A stretch of DNA of 48,791 nt from Chrysochromulina tobinii (taxonomy: Eukaryota): positions 1 through 48,791 of the forward strand of contig JWZX01003146.1 of assembly GCA_001275005.1 (NCBI GenBank). The letters run 5' to 3'. Position 1 is the stretch's first letter, and each line of letters begins with the position of its first letter. This document shows, one piece after another, positions 34,762-46,370 of the stretch. Made by a program: the position numbers and the translations under genes. The notes under the pieces were generated by a model. The model made no database searches, had not been told where the DNA came from, and worked only from the letters and a program-made list of their open reading frames with translations.

Positions 34762-37440
34762 CTACCGCCTTGGAGGGCGCCCCTTGCGCTTCTTGAGTCC
34801 GGGCGGCCCCGAGGGCATGTCCGGCGAAAACGAGGGCGCCTGCGCCGCCTCCCCGCCACCCTCGAGGCCGTCCTCTCCTGTGCCGCCATCGTCTAGGTTC
34901 GCATCGTACTCTGCGCGCGTATACGCGTCGGAGAGCGTCGTGTACGCGTCCGAGACGCGCTTGAAAGCGCGCGCGGCCGACTCGCGCGCATTCTTATCGG
35001 GGTGCAGCAGCAGCGACATGCGCCGGTAACCCTTTTTGAGCTCCGCGGGCATCGCCGCACGGTGCGTGCGCAGCACATCGTAGTGGGTCTTGCCCGCGAG
35101 CGCCACCTCGGCCGCAACGAGCTGCAAGAACTCCTCCGCGCTCAGCCGGCCCGCACGCCCGCCCTCGTACTCGCCGAGCAGACCGGACGCCTCAGACTGC
35201 GAGCGCTTCAGTCCGAGCTCCGTAAAGGCTTGCCAGATCCGGTTGGGCAAGTCGGGCGCACTGGCCGTGCCCAGCCCGTACCGTTCAAAGAGACGGCGGG
35301 CCTCGTCGGTGATGGGCGTCTCTGCCTTCTCCTTGGCCTTCTTCGCGTCTTCGTCGAGGAAGGCGGGCCCGTACGGCTGCTCGATGAGGAGCCCAATCTG
35401 CTGACGCGCCGCGGCGACGATCGGCCAGAGCATCCATAGGACGATCAGGGCGACGAGCGAGAGCACCGAGCGCGGGAAGAAGTAGAGTAGTGTGAGCAGC
35501 ACGCCAACGGGGAGCAGTAGCTTGTAGTCGGCGGTGCCGAAGACGAGGCCGAGCAGGCACACGTGCAGAAAGGGCCAGTGGAAGGGCATGTAGTAGCCAC
35601 CCAGCGCCATCTCCGTGAGCAGCAGGCAGATGCGTGGTAGCGTGATCAGGAACAGGAGCCACGCGACGAGGCCGAGCAGCCCGAGCGCGAGCGTCGGCAG
35701 GAAGTAGAAGACGAGCAGGAGCGTGCCCGCGCCCGCGCCGAGCTGCCAAGCGCCCAGGTACACGAGCAAGCCGGCCGTGCCGAGGCCGAGCAGCACCAGA
35801 GACGTGTACGGCAGCAGCCAGCATAGGAAGCAGGCCGCGACCGAGGCGGCGCCCACCGCCGGCTGTGGCACCACAGTCGACCATGCAAAGTTGGGGTGCA
35901 GGTACGTGAGGAGCGCGCCCGAGGCGACGACGAAGAGCGCATACGCATGCCACGGGAACCTCCAAGCAAGGGCGAGGGCGAGGAGTACGCCGATGAGCCG
36001 CAAGGGCCAGCGCAGCCGCGCGCGCCAGTAGTAGAAGAGATACTCGAGACGCTCGTACAGCTCGGGGTCCATCGCGACCGTCGTCTCCCACTTGCTGCGC
36101 ACGCGCTGCCACACGGCCTGCGAGGCGTTGCTCACGAGGCGCAGCAAGTAGAGGAGACCGACAGCGCGTGCCGCACGTGGCAGTGCCTCAACGGCCAGCC
36201 AGTGGATCCACTGGAGCAGCAGCGCAAGATAGTACAGCGCCTTTCCCTTGGCACCGCGTGGCGGCGGCGGCAAGGACGCGTCCGCGTCCTTGTACGAGTG
36301 CGGCTGGCTCGCCCCTGCTGGAGATGACGACGCCGGCTGCGGTGGCGGCCGGTACGCGGCGGCGGCCGTCTCCGATTTTGGAGCTGTCGGAGGCATCGTG
36401 TGCTTGGCCGGCGCGGCCGGCGCGGCGCGGCGCGAGCCGCCGCCGCTGCTGCCGCCGCCAGTGCTGCTGCCGCCGCCACTGCGGCTGCCGCCGCCACTGC
36501 GATTGGCACCGCCGCTACTGCCGCCGCCGCTGCCGCCGCCGCCGCTCGCGTTGCCGCTGCTGGCAGAAGCGGCGGCGCCGCTGAGGCCGCCGCCTCCGTA
36601 GTCGCCATACTGCTCGCGCGACGCCAGCGCGTCGGCGCGGCAGGCCTCCTTTTCTGCCTCCTGCTCTCGCAGCACCGCCGCAATCTCGCGCTCGGCCTCG
36701 CGTAGGCTCTCGGCGGCCGTCGCGTCGTGCGGATTGAGAGCTTTTGCCTTGCGCAGCAGCCGGACGGCACGCTGTAGGTCGCCGTTGCGCAGCGCGGTGG
36801 TACCCGCGGCGAGCGCCTGCGCCGCGGCCTCGCGGTTGGCAAAAGTGAGCTCCGGAGGATCTGCGGCCGCGGAGGAGGAGGAGGAGGTGGAGATGGAGGA
36901 GGTGCTGGTGGCCGGCAGAGAGGCAGCGGTGGTAGCAGCGGCACTCGGGACGGAGGGCTCCGCGGCGATGGCGGCGGCGGTGGATGAGGCTGCGGCAGTA
37001 CTCGGCAAATGAGGAGTTGCCAAGGCCGATGGCCTGGTCTGAGCTCGTGAAGGCTCGGCAGGCGGTACTGCTGGCTGTGGTGGCGGCTGCGGCTGCGGCG
37101 CTTGTACAACTGCTGCTCCGGGCGCGGGCGACTTCTTGTGCGCGTCTCTGAGCTGCTGCAGCCGGCGCGCGACGGTGAGCCGCTTGTACTCGAGCGCAAC
37201 CTGCAGCGGGGTCACGCCCTCGGGGTTCTCGACGCTCACGTCCATGCCGACCTCAGAGAGCCACTCGACGAGCGCAACGACACCGCCCATCGCTGCGTAG
37301 TGCATGGCCGTGTAGCCCTTGGACGTCGAGCGCGCATCGAGCACCGAAGGGTGTGCGGCGAGCAGCGCCTTTGCTTCCGCGATCTGCCCCTGCTGGCAGG
37401 CGCGCAGGAACGCCTTGCTCTCCTCGGCGGTCTCAGCCAT
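34762..37440 (-). CDS. Ankyrin + TPR-like + multi-TM + DnaJ-domain co-chaperone
   Basis: Ankyrin (GYTAMHYAA..G; GVTPLQVA), TPR-like helix pair (AVRLLRKAKALNP), long hydrophobic region and J-domain (HYDVL..ELKKGYRRMSLLLHPDKN..AFKRVSDAYTTLSD..RAEYD). Confidence 0.88.
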   Translation of the reverse strand: MAETAEESKAFLRACQQGQIAEAKALLAAHPSVLDARSTSKGYTAMHYAAMGGVVALVEWLSEVGMDVSVENPEGVTPLQVALEYKRLTVARRLQQLRDAHKKSPAPGAAVVQAPQPQPPPQPAVPPAEPSRAQTRPSALATPHLPSTAAASSTAAAIAAEPSVPSAAATTAASLPATSTSSISTSSSSSAAADPPELTFANREAAAQALAAGTTALRNGDLQRAVRLLRKAKALNPHDATAAESLREAEREIAAVLREQEAEKEACRADALASREQYGDYGGGGLSGAAASASSGNASGGGGSGGGSSGGANRSGGGSRSGGGSSTGGGSSGGGSRRAAPAAPAKHTMPPTAPKSETAAAAYRPPPQPASSSPAGASQPHSYKDADASLPPPPRGAKGKALYYLALLLQWIHWLAVEALPRAARAVGLLYLLRLVSNASQAVWQRVRSKWETTVAMDPELYERLEYLFYYWRARLRWPLRLIGVLLALALAWRFPWHAYALFVVASGALLTYLHPNFAWSTVVPQPAVGAASVAACFLCWLLPYTSLVLLGLGTAGLLVYLGAWQLGAGAGTLLLVFYFLPTLALGLLGLVAWLLFLITLPRICLLLTEMALGGYYMPFHWPFLHVCLLGLVFGTADYKLLLPVGVLLTLLYFFPRSVLSLVALIVLWMLWPIVAAARQQIGLLIEQPYGPAFLDEDAKKAKEKAETPITDEARRLFERYGLGTASAPDLPNRIWQAFTELGLKRSQSEASGLLGEYEGGRAGRLSAEEFLQLVAAEVALAGKTHYDVLRTHRAAMPAELKKGYRRMSLLLHPDKNARESAARAFKRVSDAYTTLSDAYTRAEYDANLDDGGTGEDGLEGGGEAAQAPSFSPDMPSGPPGLKKRKGRPPRR

Positions 37441-37700
37441 ATGCCGCGCGCGAACAGCGAATCGCGCACGCGCTCACGCACGTGTCGTCGGTGAGCCGCA
37501 AATTCACAGCGACCCGCAAACGCAACATGTAATGATGTAATCGACTCAGCCCGACGCGCGAGACACCGTACATGTACCGGCTTCACCTTCACGAACAAAC
37601 ATTTGCATGCGATTGCAACGCGCTGCACCGCATTAGGCAAGACTCGACGAGAACCGCCCTGGCCTCTGGTCGGTGCGGTGCCTGCCCCTGCGGAGGAAGA

Positions 37701-39194
37701 ATGTCAGCGGCTCTAACGGACGTACTCATTGATGACAAGTCCTTTGCCAAACCAGTGCCACGATCCGCCGCAACCGGCGGAAGTACCACCTCCGGCTCAT
37801 TGCCGCCCGACCCCGAGTCCCAGCAAATGTCGAATTCGAAGCTGCCCAAGAGCAAGCGCAACGTCATCCACGAAGGCAGCCCCAGGGTCTCCGACCGGTT
37901 TCCACGGGTGTTCAGCATGAGTGGTGCCGCGATGTTGCTGCCGTCACAGCACTCGGTGCACATGCAGCAGCAAATCGGCGGAAGTTCTAGTCCTCATCGT
38001 CGGCAGTCGAGGGAGTCAAAGGAGTCGAGGGAGTGCGAGACGTCGCCTTGCGGCTTTCGTCGCCTGTGCGTGTTCCAGTCCATCGCCTTCATCGTGTTCG
38101 CGCTCGGAAACATTGGGCTCAACGAGTTCAACCAGTATGCGCTCAGCAAGAATCCGCCATGGCCACGGTCCTGGCCCGCCTTCTGCTTCCCCGTCTTCTA
38201 CTCTATGTGGCATATGTTCTTCTCGGCACTCGCCGCGTACCTTCTGGCATGCGTCGCGATGCCCAACGGCAAGGACCTGCCCTCGTTCGCGCAGCTGTGG
38301 CGGTATAAGCACGGACTGATCCCTATCGCGTGCTGTACAGCCATCAGCACCTGGCTAAACAACTGGAGCTTCACCCTCGTCTCCCTCTTCCTCAATCAAG
38401 CGATCCGTGCCATGGGGCCGCTGCCCACGGTCGTATTAGAGTACATCATCATCGGGCGCAACCCGGGCGCGCCGATCGTGGCGTGCGTGGGCTTCATCTG
38501 CATCGGCTCGATCCTCTCATGCGCCTATCGCTTCCAGGAGGCGTACATAGCGCCTCCGGACACTAGCGGCTTCGACGATGTGTGGCTGGGCTTCGCGATG
38601 GTGTCCATCTCCATCCTGCTCAGCTCGCTTCGTCCAGTGATCGCGATGATCCTGATGTCGGGCACCGAGACTCATCCAAAACTCGACCCGGCAGTGGTTC
38701 TCTTCTACGACTGCAGCCTCGCTTTCTGGTTCATGCTCCTCTATTGGACTGCCGGCCCCGAACGCGAGCCGAGCCTGGCGTACCTCGCCGACCCGGCCAC
38801 GCGCTGGGTCGGTGTGCACGTGATCACCGTGGGCTCGTCGATGGCCTTCATGTACAACCTGGCGACCTACTACTACGTCAACCTCACCTCGGCAGTCACC
38901 GCCACAATCGGCGCCAACGCCGTCAAGATTACCCTGATCATCGTCGCCGCGATGCAGGACAATGACGTGCAGGACGTCTATACCTGGGCGGGCGTCGCGC
39001 TCGTCATCATCTCGATCGCCGCGTACGCTTATCTGACCATCGAAATCGCCGCTGCTGCTGGCGCGCCAGATGAAGACGCCTCGTTGGAGAAGCCGCCTGC
39101 TGTCGAGACCACGCCGCTACAGCCCGCGCCGCTCAAGTCTCCAGTACTTGGCCCACGCAACATGAGCGAACATGCCATGGCCCTGCTGACATGA
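37701..39194 (+). CDS. Triose-phosphate/nucleotide-sugar transporter family (DMT superfamily) protein
   Basis: NIGLNEFNQYAL, FCFPVFYSMWHM, LNNWSFTLVSLFLNQAIRAMGP and YNLATYY..LTSAVTATI..VK match the TPT pattern; about 10 TM helices. Confidence 0.85.
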   Translation: MSAALTDVLIDDKSFAKPVPRSAATGGSTTSGSLPPDPESQQMSNSKLPKSKRNVIHEGSPRVSDRFPRVFSMSGAAMLLPSQHSVHMQQQIGGSSSPHRRQSRESKESRECETSPCGFRRLCVFQSIAFIVFALGNIGLNEFNQYALSKNPPWPRSWPAFCFPVFYSMWHMFFSALAAYLLACVAMPNGKDLPSFAQLWRYKHGLIPIACCTAISTWLNNWSFTLVSLFLNQAIRAMGPLPTVVLEYIIIGRNPGAPIVACVGFICIGSILSCAYRFQEAYIAPPDTSGFDDVWLGFAMVSISILLSSLRPVIAMILMSGTETHPKLDPAVVLFYDCSLAFWFMLLYWTAGPEREPSLAYLADPATRWVGVHVITVGSSMAFMYNLATYYYVNLTSAVTATIGANAVKITLIIVAAMQDNDVQDVYTWAGVALVIISIAAYAYLTIEIAAAAGAPDEDASLEKPPAVETTPLQPAPLKSPVLGPRNMSEHAMALLT

Positions 39195-39318
39195 ACCAGC
39201 CGAGGGACAGGTTTTTGTGCGAAATCTGTGTCTACTTTCACAGCAGAAAGGTCATCAAAAAGTTTCGCCGCCGGGTGCATGGCTGCCGGGCGTTGACCAG
39301 TCCGCCTCCGAGCTCCAC

Positions 39319-42300
39319 ATGGCGTGCGTGTTAGCCGCGACCAAATCATCGTCGGGCAAGGCTGTTGGCTGCCATGGCGCGTCTACAAGTACTGCTTGCG
39401 TCGGCGCTTGTGCGGCGGTGCAGGAGCGGCAGCAGCGGCAGCGGGGGCTTGAGACAGGAGCAAATCAGAAATCCTCGGCTGGCAAGGATCGTGTGGGCGA
39501 GTCGCACGATAGCGAGGCCGTCGGCCTGCCTCTGGACGCGCAGTCTTTGTCGCTCTGGCTCGCAACCGAGCATCGCCGAGTGCTCTCCGCCATGCTCCTC
39601 TCGAGCTTGGACGGCAGCGCTCCTGACGCGACCCGATCGGCAGCCAAGGCGATCGTGCGATCGGAGACCCTCGAGCAGGCGCGAACGCTCACGATCGACC
39701 GATGGGGGAACCGCGCGCAGGCGCCGAGCGCCGAGACCTTGCAGCTGTGCATCGGCCTGCTGCGCACGCTCACGGAGCTGGCGGACTCGGGTGACGTGCT
39801 CGGAGGAGGCGGCGCGAGCGGCACAGGCAGCGAAGGCGGCGGAGGCACGACGAGAGGAGGCGACGGGGGCGATGCGGGCGGCGGAGCGGGCGGCGGAGCA
39901 GACGGCGGAGCGTGCGGCGGCATGCCGCAGGCGGGCTTCGTGCCTCTGCCGAGCGGCTTCCTACCGGGCGGCTTCGTGCCAGGTGCATCATACCGCGAGG
40001 GCGGTGCGGCGGTGGGCGCCGTACCGGGCGCTCTAATGCGCCCCAGCACCGAGGCAGAGTATGCTAGGCAGCTGCTACACTCGTCCACTGTCGTCAAGGA
40101 CGCGTTGGCAGCCGGCGAGCTGCCCGAGCGACTGGTGGCGCTGTTGCACGCGCCGCTCGAGGGCCCCTTGCGGCTGCAGCGGCTGCAGCTCGATCTACGC
40201 TCGCAGGCTCTCGCGGCCGTGCGTTCGCTCTTGCAGGGGCCGACGGCGCCGCCGGCGCGGCCGCTGATGCTGCTGCGCGCGCTTCGGCCGGCTCTGGTGC
40301 GGCGTGCGCTCTTCCAACATCTGATGGTAGAGGGTCTTCCGCGCAGTAGAGCCTCCTCCTCCTCGTCGTCGACTTCGTTTGGGTCTTCGGGGGATGCCTA
40401 TGCAGAGCAGCTCGCGATGACGCTCGCCGCGCTCACTACGGCGGTGGCTGAGCTTGCCGAGGCGGCGCCCGCGGCCGCGGCCCTCGCGGCGGCGAAGGCG
40501 GCGAGGCCCGAGCCCGAGGTGGCGGCGGCCGTGGAGGCGGCGATGAGCGCCGCGGCGAGTGCGGCAGAGCAAGCGGCAGAGGTGGCCATGCAAGTGAACA
40601 CCGAGCTGGCAGAGCAAGCCGCTGCTGAGGCCGCCCTGTCGCCCGCCGCCAAATCCCCCGCCTCATCCCCCGCCACATCCCCCGCCACATCCTCTTCCGA
40701 CAGGAATGGCGGCGGCGGCGGGGTGCTGCACTGGATCTTACTCGCGCTGTTGACCACGATCCCTGCTTTCGTTGTTTGGGAGGAGTCGGGGCGCACCTTG
40801 CCGCACGACGAGGTCATCCTGATCGGCATGATCTGCCTTCAAATCGCCTTCATCGTGCATGGCGCCACGCTGCGTACATGCGTGCGCCCCTCGCACGTGG
40901 CCGAAGCCGAGGGCACGTCAATGATGGATGCAATGATGCGGCGCGTCGTGAGCGTCCCTCTGCCCGTGGCATGCGCCACCTCCGCCGACGGCGCGCATGC
41001 GGCCCAGCGCCTCTGGTTCATTCTGCCCCCGGAGGCCGAGTGGCTGCTCGCGTCACCCGTAGGCGCGGCGGCGCTGCTGCGCTTCGTCGGGCGGGCGGGC
41101 GTGCCTCGCACGGGCCACGGCATAGCTCTTGGGACTCCCGGGCGCCATCCCGGGCGCACGCCACCCACAGCAGCGCTCTCGCTTCCTATTGGATCGGCAG
41201 GCGGCGGCAGCGCTGGCGGCGGCGGTACACGGGGCGGTGCTGGTCGCGCCAGCGGAAACGGCTCTGCTGCCCTCGACGCGTCCCTCGATCCCACTGAGGT
41301 GCTTCGCCGACTCGATAGGCTCGCGATCAACGTCGGACAATTGCATAACACCTTGCTCGGCCAGCTGCTGCAGCCCGCCCTCGCCCTCATCGCTCTTGTC
41401 GCCACCGTGCCTTCTACATACCACGGGAATCAGGGCGGCGGCGAGGGCGAACCTCCCTCGCTCGCTGGTGCGGACCCAACGGCCGTCTCGGCGCACCACT
41501 CGCGATTCGTACTTCGCCCGTGGTTCCTGCCCGACCCTGCTGCCCTCGGCGCCTCCGTTGCCATCCTCGGCGCCGGCGCGCTCGCCGCTTCGACCGCCGG
41601 CGCCGCCGCCCGAGCTCTCGGCGAGGACGAAGTCGCGTTACCGGCCACCGGACTCGTGTGTGGACTCCTCGGAGTGCTACTGCTACCCGTCCTCCTGGAG
41701 GCTTGGTGGCAGCCCCTACCGGCCGCCGTCGGTGGCGCCTCCGTCGGTGGCGCCGCCGCCGGCAGTAGCGCCGGCACCAGCGCCGGCGGCGCCGGGGCCG
41801 CCGAGGCCAACGAGCTGGGACTGGTACACTTTGCTTTCGTGCAGTGGGTGCGGCGGCAGGCAGCCCTGGCCGCACCGCGCCCGTCGGGGCGCGCGCCCGG
41901 TACTGCGCTCGCCCCGCACCCGGCTGAGCGCGCGGTGGCGGTGGCCCTTGGCCTGATGAGTGACTCCACACCGCAATACGTCTCCGCCGATCCGTACAAC
42001 ACCCAGAGCGCCGATTACGCCAAGCTGCGGCGCGCGCTGCTGCCGGCAGTGCGCCTGCGGCTGTGGGGAACCGACGAGGTCCAACGGACAGATAACCTCG
42101 CGGCGGTGGTGATCCCCCCTGGGGGGAGTCGCCCCTCCCGCCCGCCCCTCGGCAGCCGCCCAGCCGTCCATGAGAGCGCGTCAGCGGCGCTCGAGCGCCC
42201 CCTCGAGCCCGCAGTTCGCATCGTGGCCTCGGCCGACTTTCAGCATGCATACGACTCGTGGCGACGCTTTCCCTCCGCCAGCGGCTACGTCGAGGATGAG

Positions 42301-43426
42301 ACTGGCCATGGCGGTGCGCAGCCGGCACAGGCGGCGGCGGTGGCGGCGCGGGAGACTTTGCATCAGTTCGAGAGGGCCGTCGCGGCGAGCACGGCGGCGG
42401 CACGTGCCGCGTCGAACCGGCTGCCCTCCCTCGCGGCCCTCGAGGCCACCTGCTTCCCCACATCGAGCGTCGGCCCGCCAAGTTTGAATGAGTCCCTTAC
42501 CGGCTTCACCGGTGAGCTCGTCGCGCTCAGGTACGCCCTCGAAGCGCAGCACGACGCTCTCTTTCGAGCGAGCCAGAGCTGTTTGGTCTCGGGTAGCCAT
42601 ATCCTCTCGACCGCCTCCCGCGCCGCCGTGGCACCCAAAGTCGCCGCTGCTGGGATGGCGAGCACAGCGGCGGCCAAAGTCGCCGTTACCGCCGCCTTTG
42701 GCACTTGTGCGACGGCGGGCACCGCGAATGCGCGCAAGCTCGTCGAGAGCACGCCGCGCAGCAGCCGGAGATCATGGGGAATCCGATCTCATCGGGGCGA
42801 GATCCCCGAAGAGGCGCCCGGAAGTGGCGCGCCCGGTACGGCTCCTGCCTCGCGGCTGCTCCTGTCGGCTCAGAAGGAAGGGCCCGGCCGGCTGTCACGC
42901 AGGCCGTCACGCGCTCCGTCATTCTCCGTGGGTGTGGCGGGCGTCGCGGCGGGCAACACGGCGGGCGACACGGCGGGCGGCTTGGGCGGCGGCGGCAGCA
43001 GCGTCATCATGACTCTCGCTCCACCAACGACGGCGGGTCGGTGCGCGGTGAGGGGTCTCGACTTTAGCAGCACACCCGCGGCCGTACCGGAGCCTGCATC
43101 CGCGTACAATCCGGCCTCAACGCTGCCCGCGACGATCGGCTCGACGATGGGCGCCACCCAGGCTGCCCCATCGGCTGGCTCCCTCCTCGGGACCCTCCTC
43201 GCCACATCCCCCGCCACCCTCTCCGCCACCCTCCCCGGTACCCTCCCCGCCACTGCCACCCTCCCTGCCACCCTCCCCGCCACCCTCCCTGCCACCGCTA
43301 CCCTCCTCGCCACCCTCCCTGCCACCGCTACCCTCCCCGCCACTGCCACCCTCCCCGCCACCCTCCCTGCTGGCGGGCTCGAGGCGTTCGACACGCGGCT
43401 GGCCATGGACAACGGCGACGCTGACA

Positions 43427-43457
<31 letters not shown>

Positions 43458-43695
43458 AGATGACGACCCCGAATTGATCGCGGCAGACGTGATCGCTGCC
43501 GAGGTATGGCACTTTTTCGACGGCAACGGGCAGCAAGGCCCCGTCTCGGCCGCAGACCTCGCGACGCGGCGAGCACAGGGGCTGCTCACGGCCGGAGCCG
43601 CGCCCCTCTTCTGGCGCGAAGGGCTCGAGCAATGGGCGTCGCTCGAGGAGCTCCCAGAGCTGCTCGAGCTCATGAATGCGGCCGACCAGGTGTGA
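39319..43695 (+). CDS. Large Ala/Gly-rich membrane protein with C-terminal GYF_2 (DUF4339)-like domain
   Basis: 4.4-kb open frame with several TM segments and an acidic tract. The C-terminal WHFFDGNGQQGPVS..L...FWREGLEQW..LEELPEL matches GYF_2. Start uncertain. Confidence 0.65.
43185..43457 (+). repeat. Coding repeats: 12/18-bp (ATLP/ATATLP)n followed by (GAC)n poly-Asp
   Basis: gccaccctccc(c/t) units, then a gac run at ~43428-43457. Confidence 0.85.
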
Positions 43696-43967
43696 AACTT
43701 CCGGGTGTCAAACTTGGGAGCTCATAAAATCACACACATGTTCGACATGAATAGTTGATCTTGGGATGTCGTGCTCACCAGGCTGCTTGTTTAGTTTGAT
43801 GAATTGAACTCATTAACCTCCGCGTTCGAGCGAGTGCCCATGACGGCGCCCCGCCGGACTTGCCGAAGATCGGAAGAGAGAGAGAGCGCTAATGCTCCTG
43901 TGCAAACGAGAGCCGCGCGCCGCGACGGCCAAGGCCGCCAGCCGCGCGAAATCGCATCCTCGTAACA

Positions 43968-46370
43968 ATGTTACTTCGAGGGCTGACCGTGTTTGCAGGA
44001 GCGGGCGGCTTTCTATTCGGCTACAACCTGGGCGTCATCGCAGGGGTACTCCCACTGCTACGCAACGACACCAACCTCGCTCTCGATGACACGATGACGG
44101 AGCTCATCGTTGGCCAGGCCAAGGTTGGCGCGGCACTCAGCGCGCTCATCGGGACGTGGGTGCTGCAGACCCGCGGGCACGTCACGGTCTTCTGGGTCGC
44201 CGGCCTCGCCTTCGTCGCCGGTCCTATCCTCGTCGCCGCGGGCTCGTCGCACTGGGTGATGGTCGCTGCCGGCCGGCTGCTTACCGGCGTGGCCCTCGGC
44301 CTCTCGGCCGTCGCCTCCCCAACGTACCTCGCCGAGGTGACGCCCGCGCGATCGCGCGGCTTCGTCATCAGCATGTACGATCTCATGCTCACCATGGGTG
44401 CGCTCACGGCCGCGGGCGTGAACGCGTTGCTGCAGGTACAAGAGGTCGTCGACTGGTTGGACGCCAACCGTATAGCCAACGTGGTGCTAGAGCCTTGGCG
44501 GATCGCGTTCGCGCTGCCCGGTCTGGCTGCGCTGCCTTACTTCCTGTGCAGCCTCTGCCTGCCCGAGACGCCCGCATTCCTCGCGCAGCGTGGTCAGATA
44601 GACGATGCACTCGATCTACTGCGACGGCTGCATGGCAAGGCCGCGTCGGCGAGCGCGGCGTCGAACGCGGCGTTCACATCGACATCGGCGGCGACGCCGA
44701 CGGTGCAGCGGCTGCCATCGGCTGCACAGCTGGTGCCGCCGCATCTCAGTCCGAGCTACCAGCTGCCCGTGCCGGTACGGACCCCCTCTGCGCCTCGATC
44801 GATCTCGGGCGCGAGATCGATCGAGGGCGCAGAGCCGCCGCCGCGCTCGCCGTTCACGCTGCCGCCACTGCCGCCGCCGCCGGCCTCGCCGCCCAACCGT
44901 CCCGACGTGTTACAGGCCGCCTCACCGCCCGTCTTGCCGTCCATCTCGCCGCCCGCCTCGGCCCCCGCGGCGAGCGCACGCGGTCCAGGTCCATCAGCGC
45001 CGTCGTCGCCGCCAGCCTCACCGCCGTCACCACTCCTGCAGCCCCAGTCGCCGGCGCTGCCGCCGCGGACGTTTCCGAATCGGATGGAGTACCCAGAAGG
45101 CCGTTGGGATCGCGGCGCAGCCAGCCAGGTCTCCCCAGCGCAGCCCTCATCAAGCCTCATCAGCCCTCACCAGCCCTCATCAAGCCGCCAAGCTTCTGGC
45201 AGCTTACCACAGCCCTGTTGCAGCAGCTTACCACAGCCCTGTTGCAGCAGCTTTCCACAGCCCTCGTCCTCGAGCAGCTTTCCACAGCCCTCGTCCTCGG
45301 GCGGCTTTCCACAGCCCTCGTCCGGCGGGTTCCACAGCCGGGGCCACAGCCGGCAGTCGTCGCGTGGGCTTGAGCCGTCCTGGGGGGACGATACCCTGAT
45401 GACAGGCTCGCCCGACGTGACCGTGGACGGAGGTCAGGGCAGCAGTCTGATGCGATACACGTGCGCGTCGAGCAACGCTTCGATGACTGAATTGCCGCTC
45501 ACGGCGAGTGCGGAGCGGCTGCAGCGGCTAGTGGAGGAGGAGCAGCAGGAGGAGCTCAAGTTGCGCTGCACGACCTCGCGGGCGGCCGACGGTGAGTACA
45601 CAGCATGGGGGTGCCTGATACGGCGCGAGCGCTTCGGCTTTATTCTGGTGCTCGCGCTCGCGGCAGTCAACCAAGCCAACGGCGCCTCGTCCGTGCTCAA
45701 TTACTCGACGACGCTTCTGATGAGTTCCCTCTTCGAGGTACCCGTCGAGCTAGCGGTTACGCTCTCGCTCCTCCTGCTCTCGACGAAGCTACTCGGAGTC
45801 ATCGCCTCACTGCTCCTCGCCGGGCGATGCGGCCGGCGCATGCTCGTGCTCGCGGGCGCGCTCCTGACGGCCGGATGCCTCGCACTCGCCGCTGGCGCGT
45901 GTGCCTATGGCTCGCTGGCCGGAGTGCTCGTTGGTCTCTTCGGGTTTGTCCTCAGTTACGGGCTCACGCTCGCGCCAACCTTGCATCTGCTGCTAGCGGA
46001 GCTCTTCTCGCCGACCGCCCGGCCGCTCGGCGCGTGCCTCGCGACAGCGCTCTCCTTTAGCGCTGGCGCCGTCGTCGACCTGAGCATGCTCAGTTTGGTG
46101 GATGCTCTCGGCTGGTCGATCGTGCTGGGTCTTCTCGGATGCGTCTGCCTGCTAGGCGGCCTGCCGGTGCTGCTGCTGCCCGAAACGTGCGGCAGGACGC
46201 TGTCGGAGATCCAGAGCCTCCTCGCAGCGCGCCGAACCAGCGGCAGCTGTCATCCGTGCGGCGGCGCTGAGGAAGGCGAGCGCACAGCGCGCCTCGCGTC
46301 GCCCTTGTACGACGCGCAGGGGCAAGATCTCACGAAGCGGGCGAGCTCTGCGCTCGCCCTGTCTTTGTGA
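43968..46370 (+). CDS. MFS sugar-porter family transporter with a very long Pro/Ser-rich central loop
   Basis: GGFLFGYNLGVIAG, GRLLTGVALG, YLAEVTPARSRG, PETP, NQANGASSVLNYS, RCGRR, AELFSP..R and PETCGRTLSEI. Confidence 0.9.
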   Translation: MLLRGLTVFAGAGGFLFGYNLGVIAGVLPLLRNDTNLALDDTMTELIVGQAKVGAALSALIGTWVLQTRGHVTVFWVAGLAFVAGPILVAAGSSHWVMVAAGRLLTGVALGLSAVASPTYLAEVTPARSRGFVISMYDLMLTMGALTAAGVNALLQVQEVVDWLDANRIANVVLEPWRIAFALPGLAALPYFLCSLCLPETPAFLAQRGQIDDALDLLRRLHGKAASASAASNAAFTSTSAATPTVQRLPSAAQLVPPHLSPSYQLPVPVRTPSAPRSISGARSIEGAEPPPRSPFTLPPLPPPPASPPNRPDVLQAASPPVLPSISPPASAPAASARGPGPSAPSSPPASPPSPLLQPQSPALPPRTFPNRMEYPEGRWDRGAASQVSPAQPSSSLISPHQPSSSRQASGSLPQPCCSSLPQPCCSSFPQPSSSSSFPQPSSSGGFPQPSSGGFHSRGHSRQSSRGLEPSWGDDTLMTGSPDVTVDGGQGSSLMRYTCASSNASMTELPLTASAERLQRLVEEEQQEELKLRCTTSRAADGEYTAWGCLIRRERFGFILVLALAAVNQANGASSVLNYSTTLLMSSLFEVPVELAVTLSLLLLSTKLLGVIASLLLAGRCGRRMLVLAGALLTAGCLALAAGACAYGSLAGVLVGLFGFVLSYGLTLAPTLHLLLAELFSPTARPLGACLATALSFSAGAVVDLSMLSLVDALGWSIVLGLLGCVCLLGGLPVLLLPETCGRTLSEIQSLLAARRTSGSCHPCGGAEEGERTARLASPLYDAQGQDLTKRASSALALSL

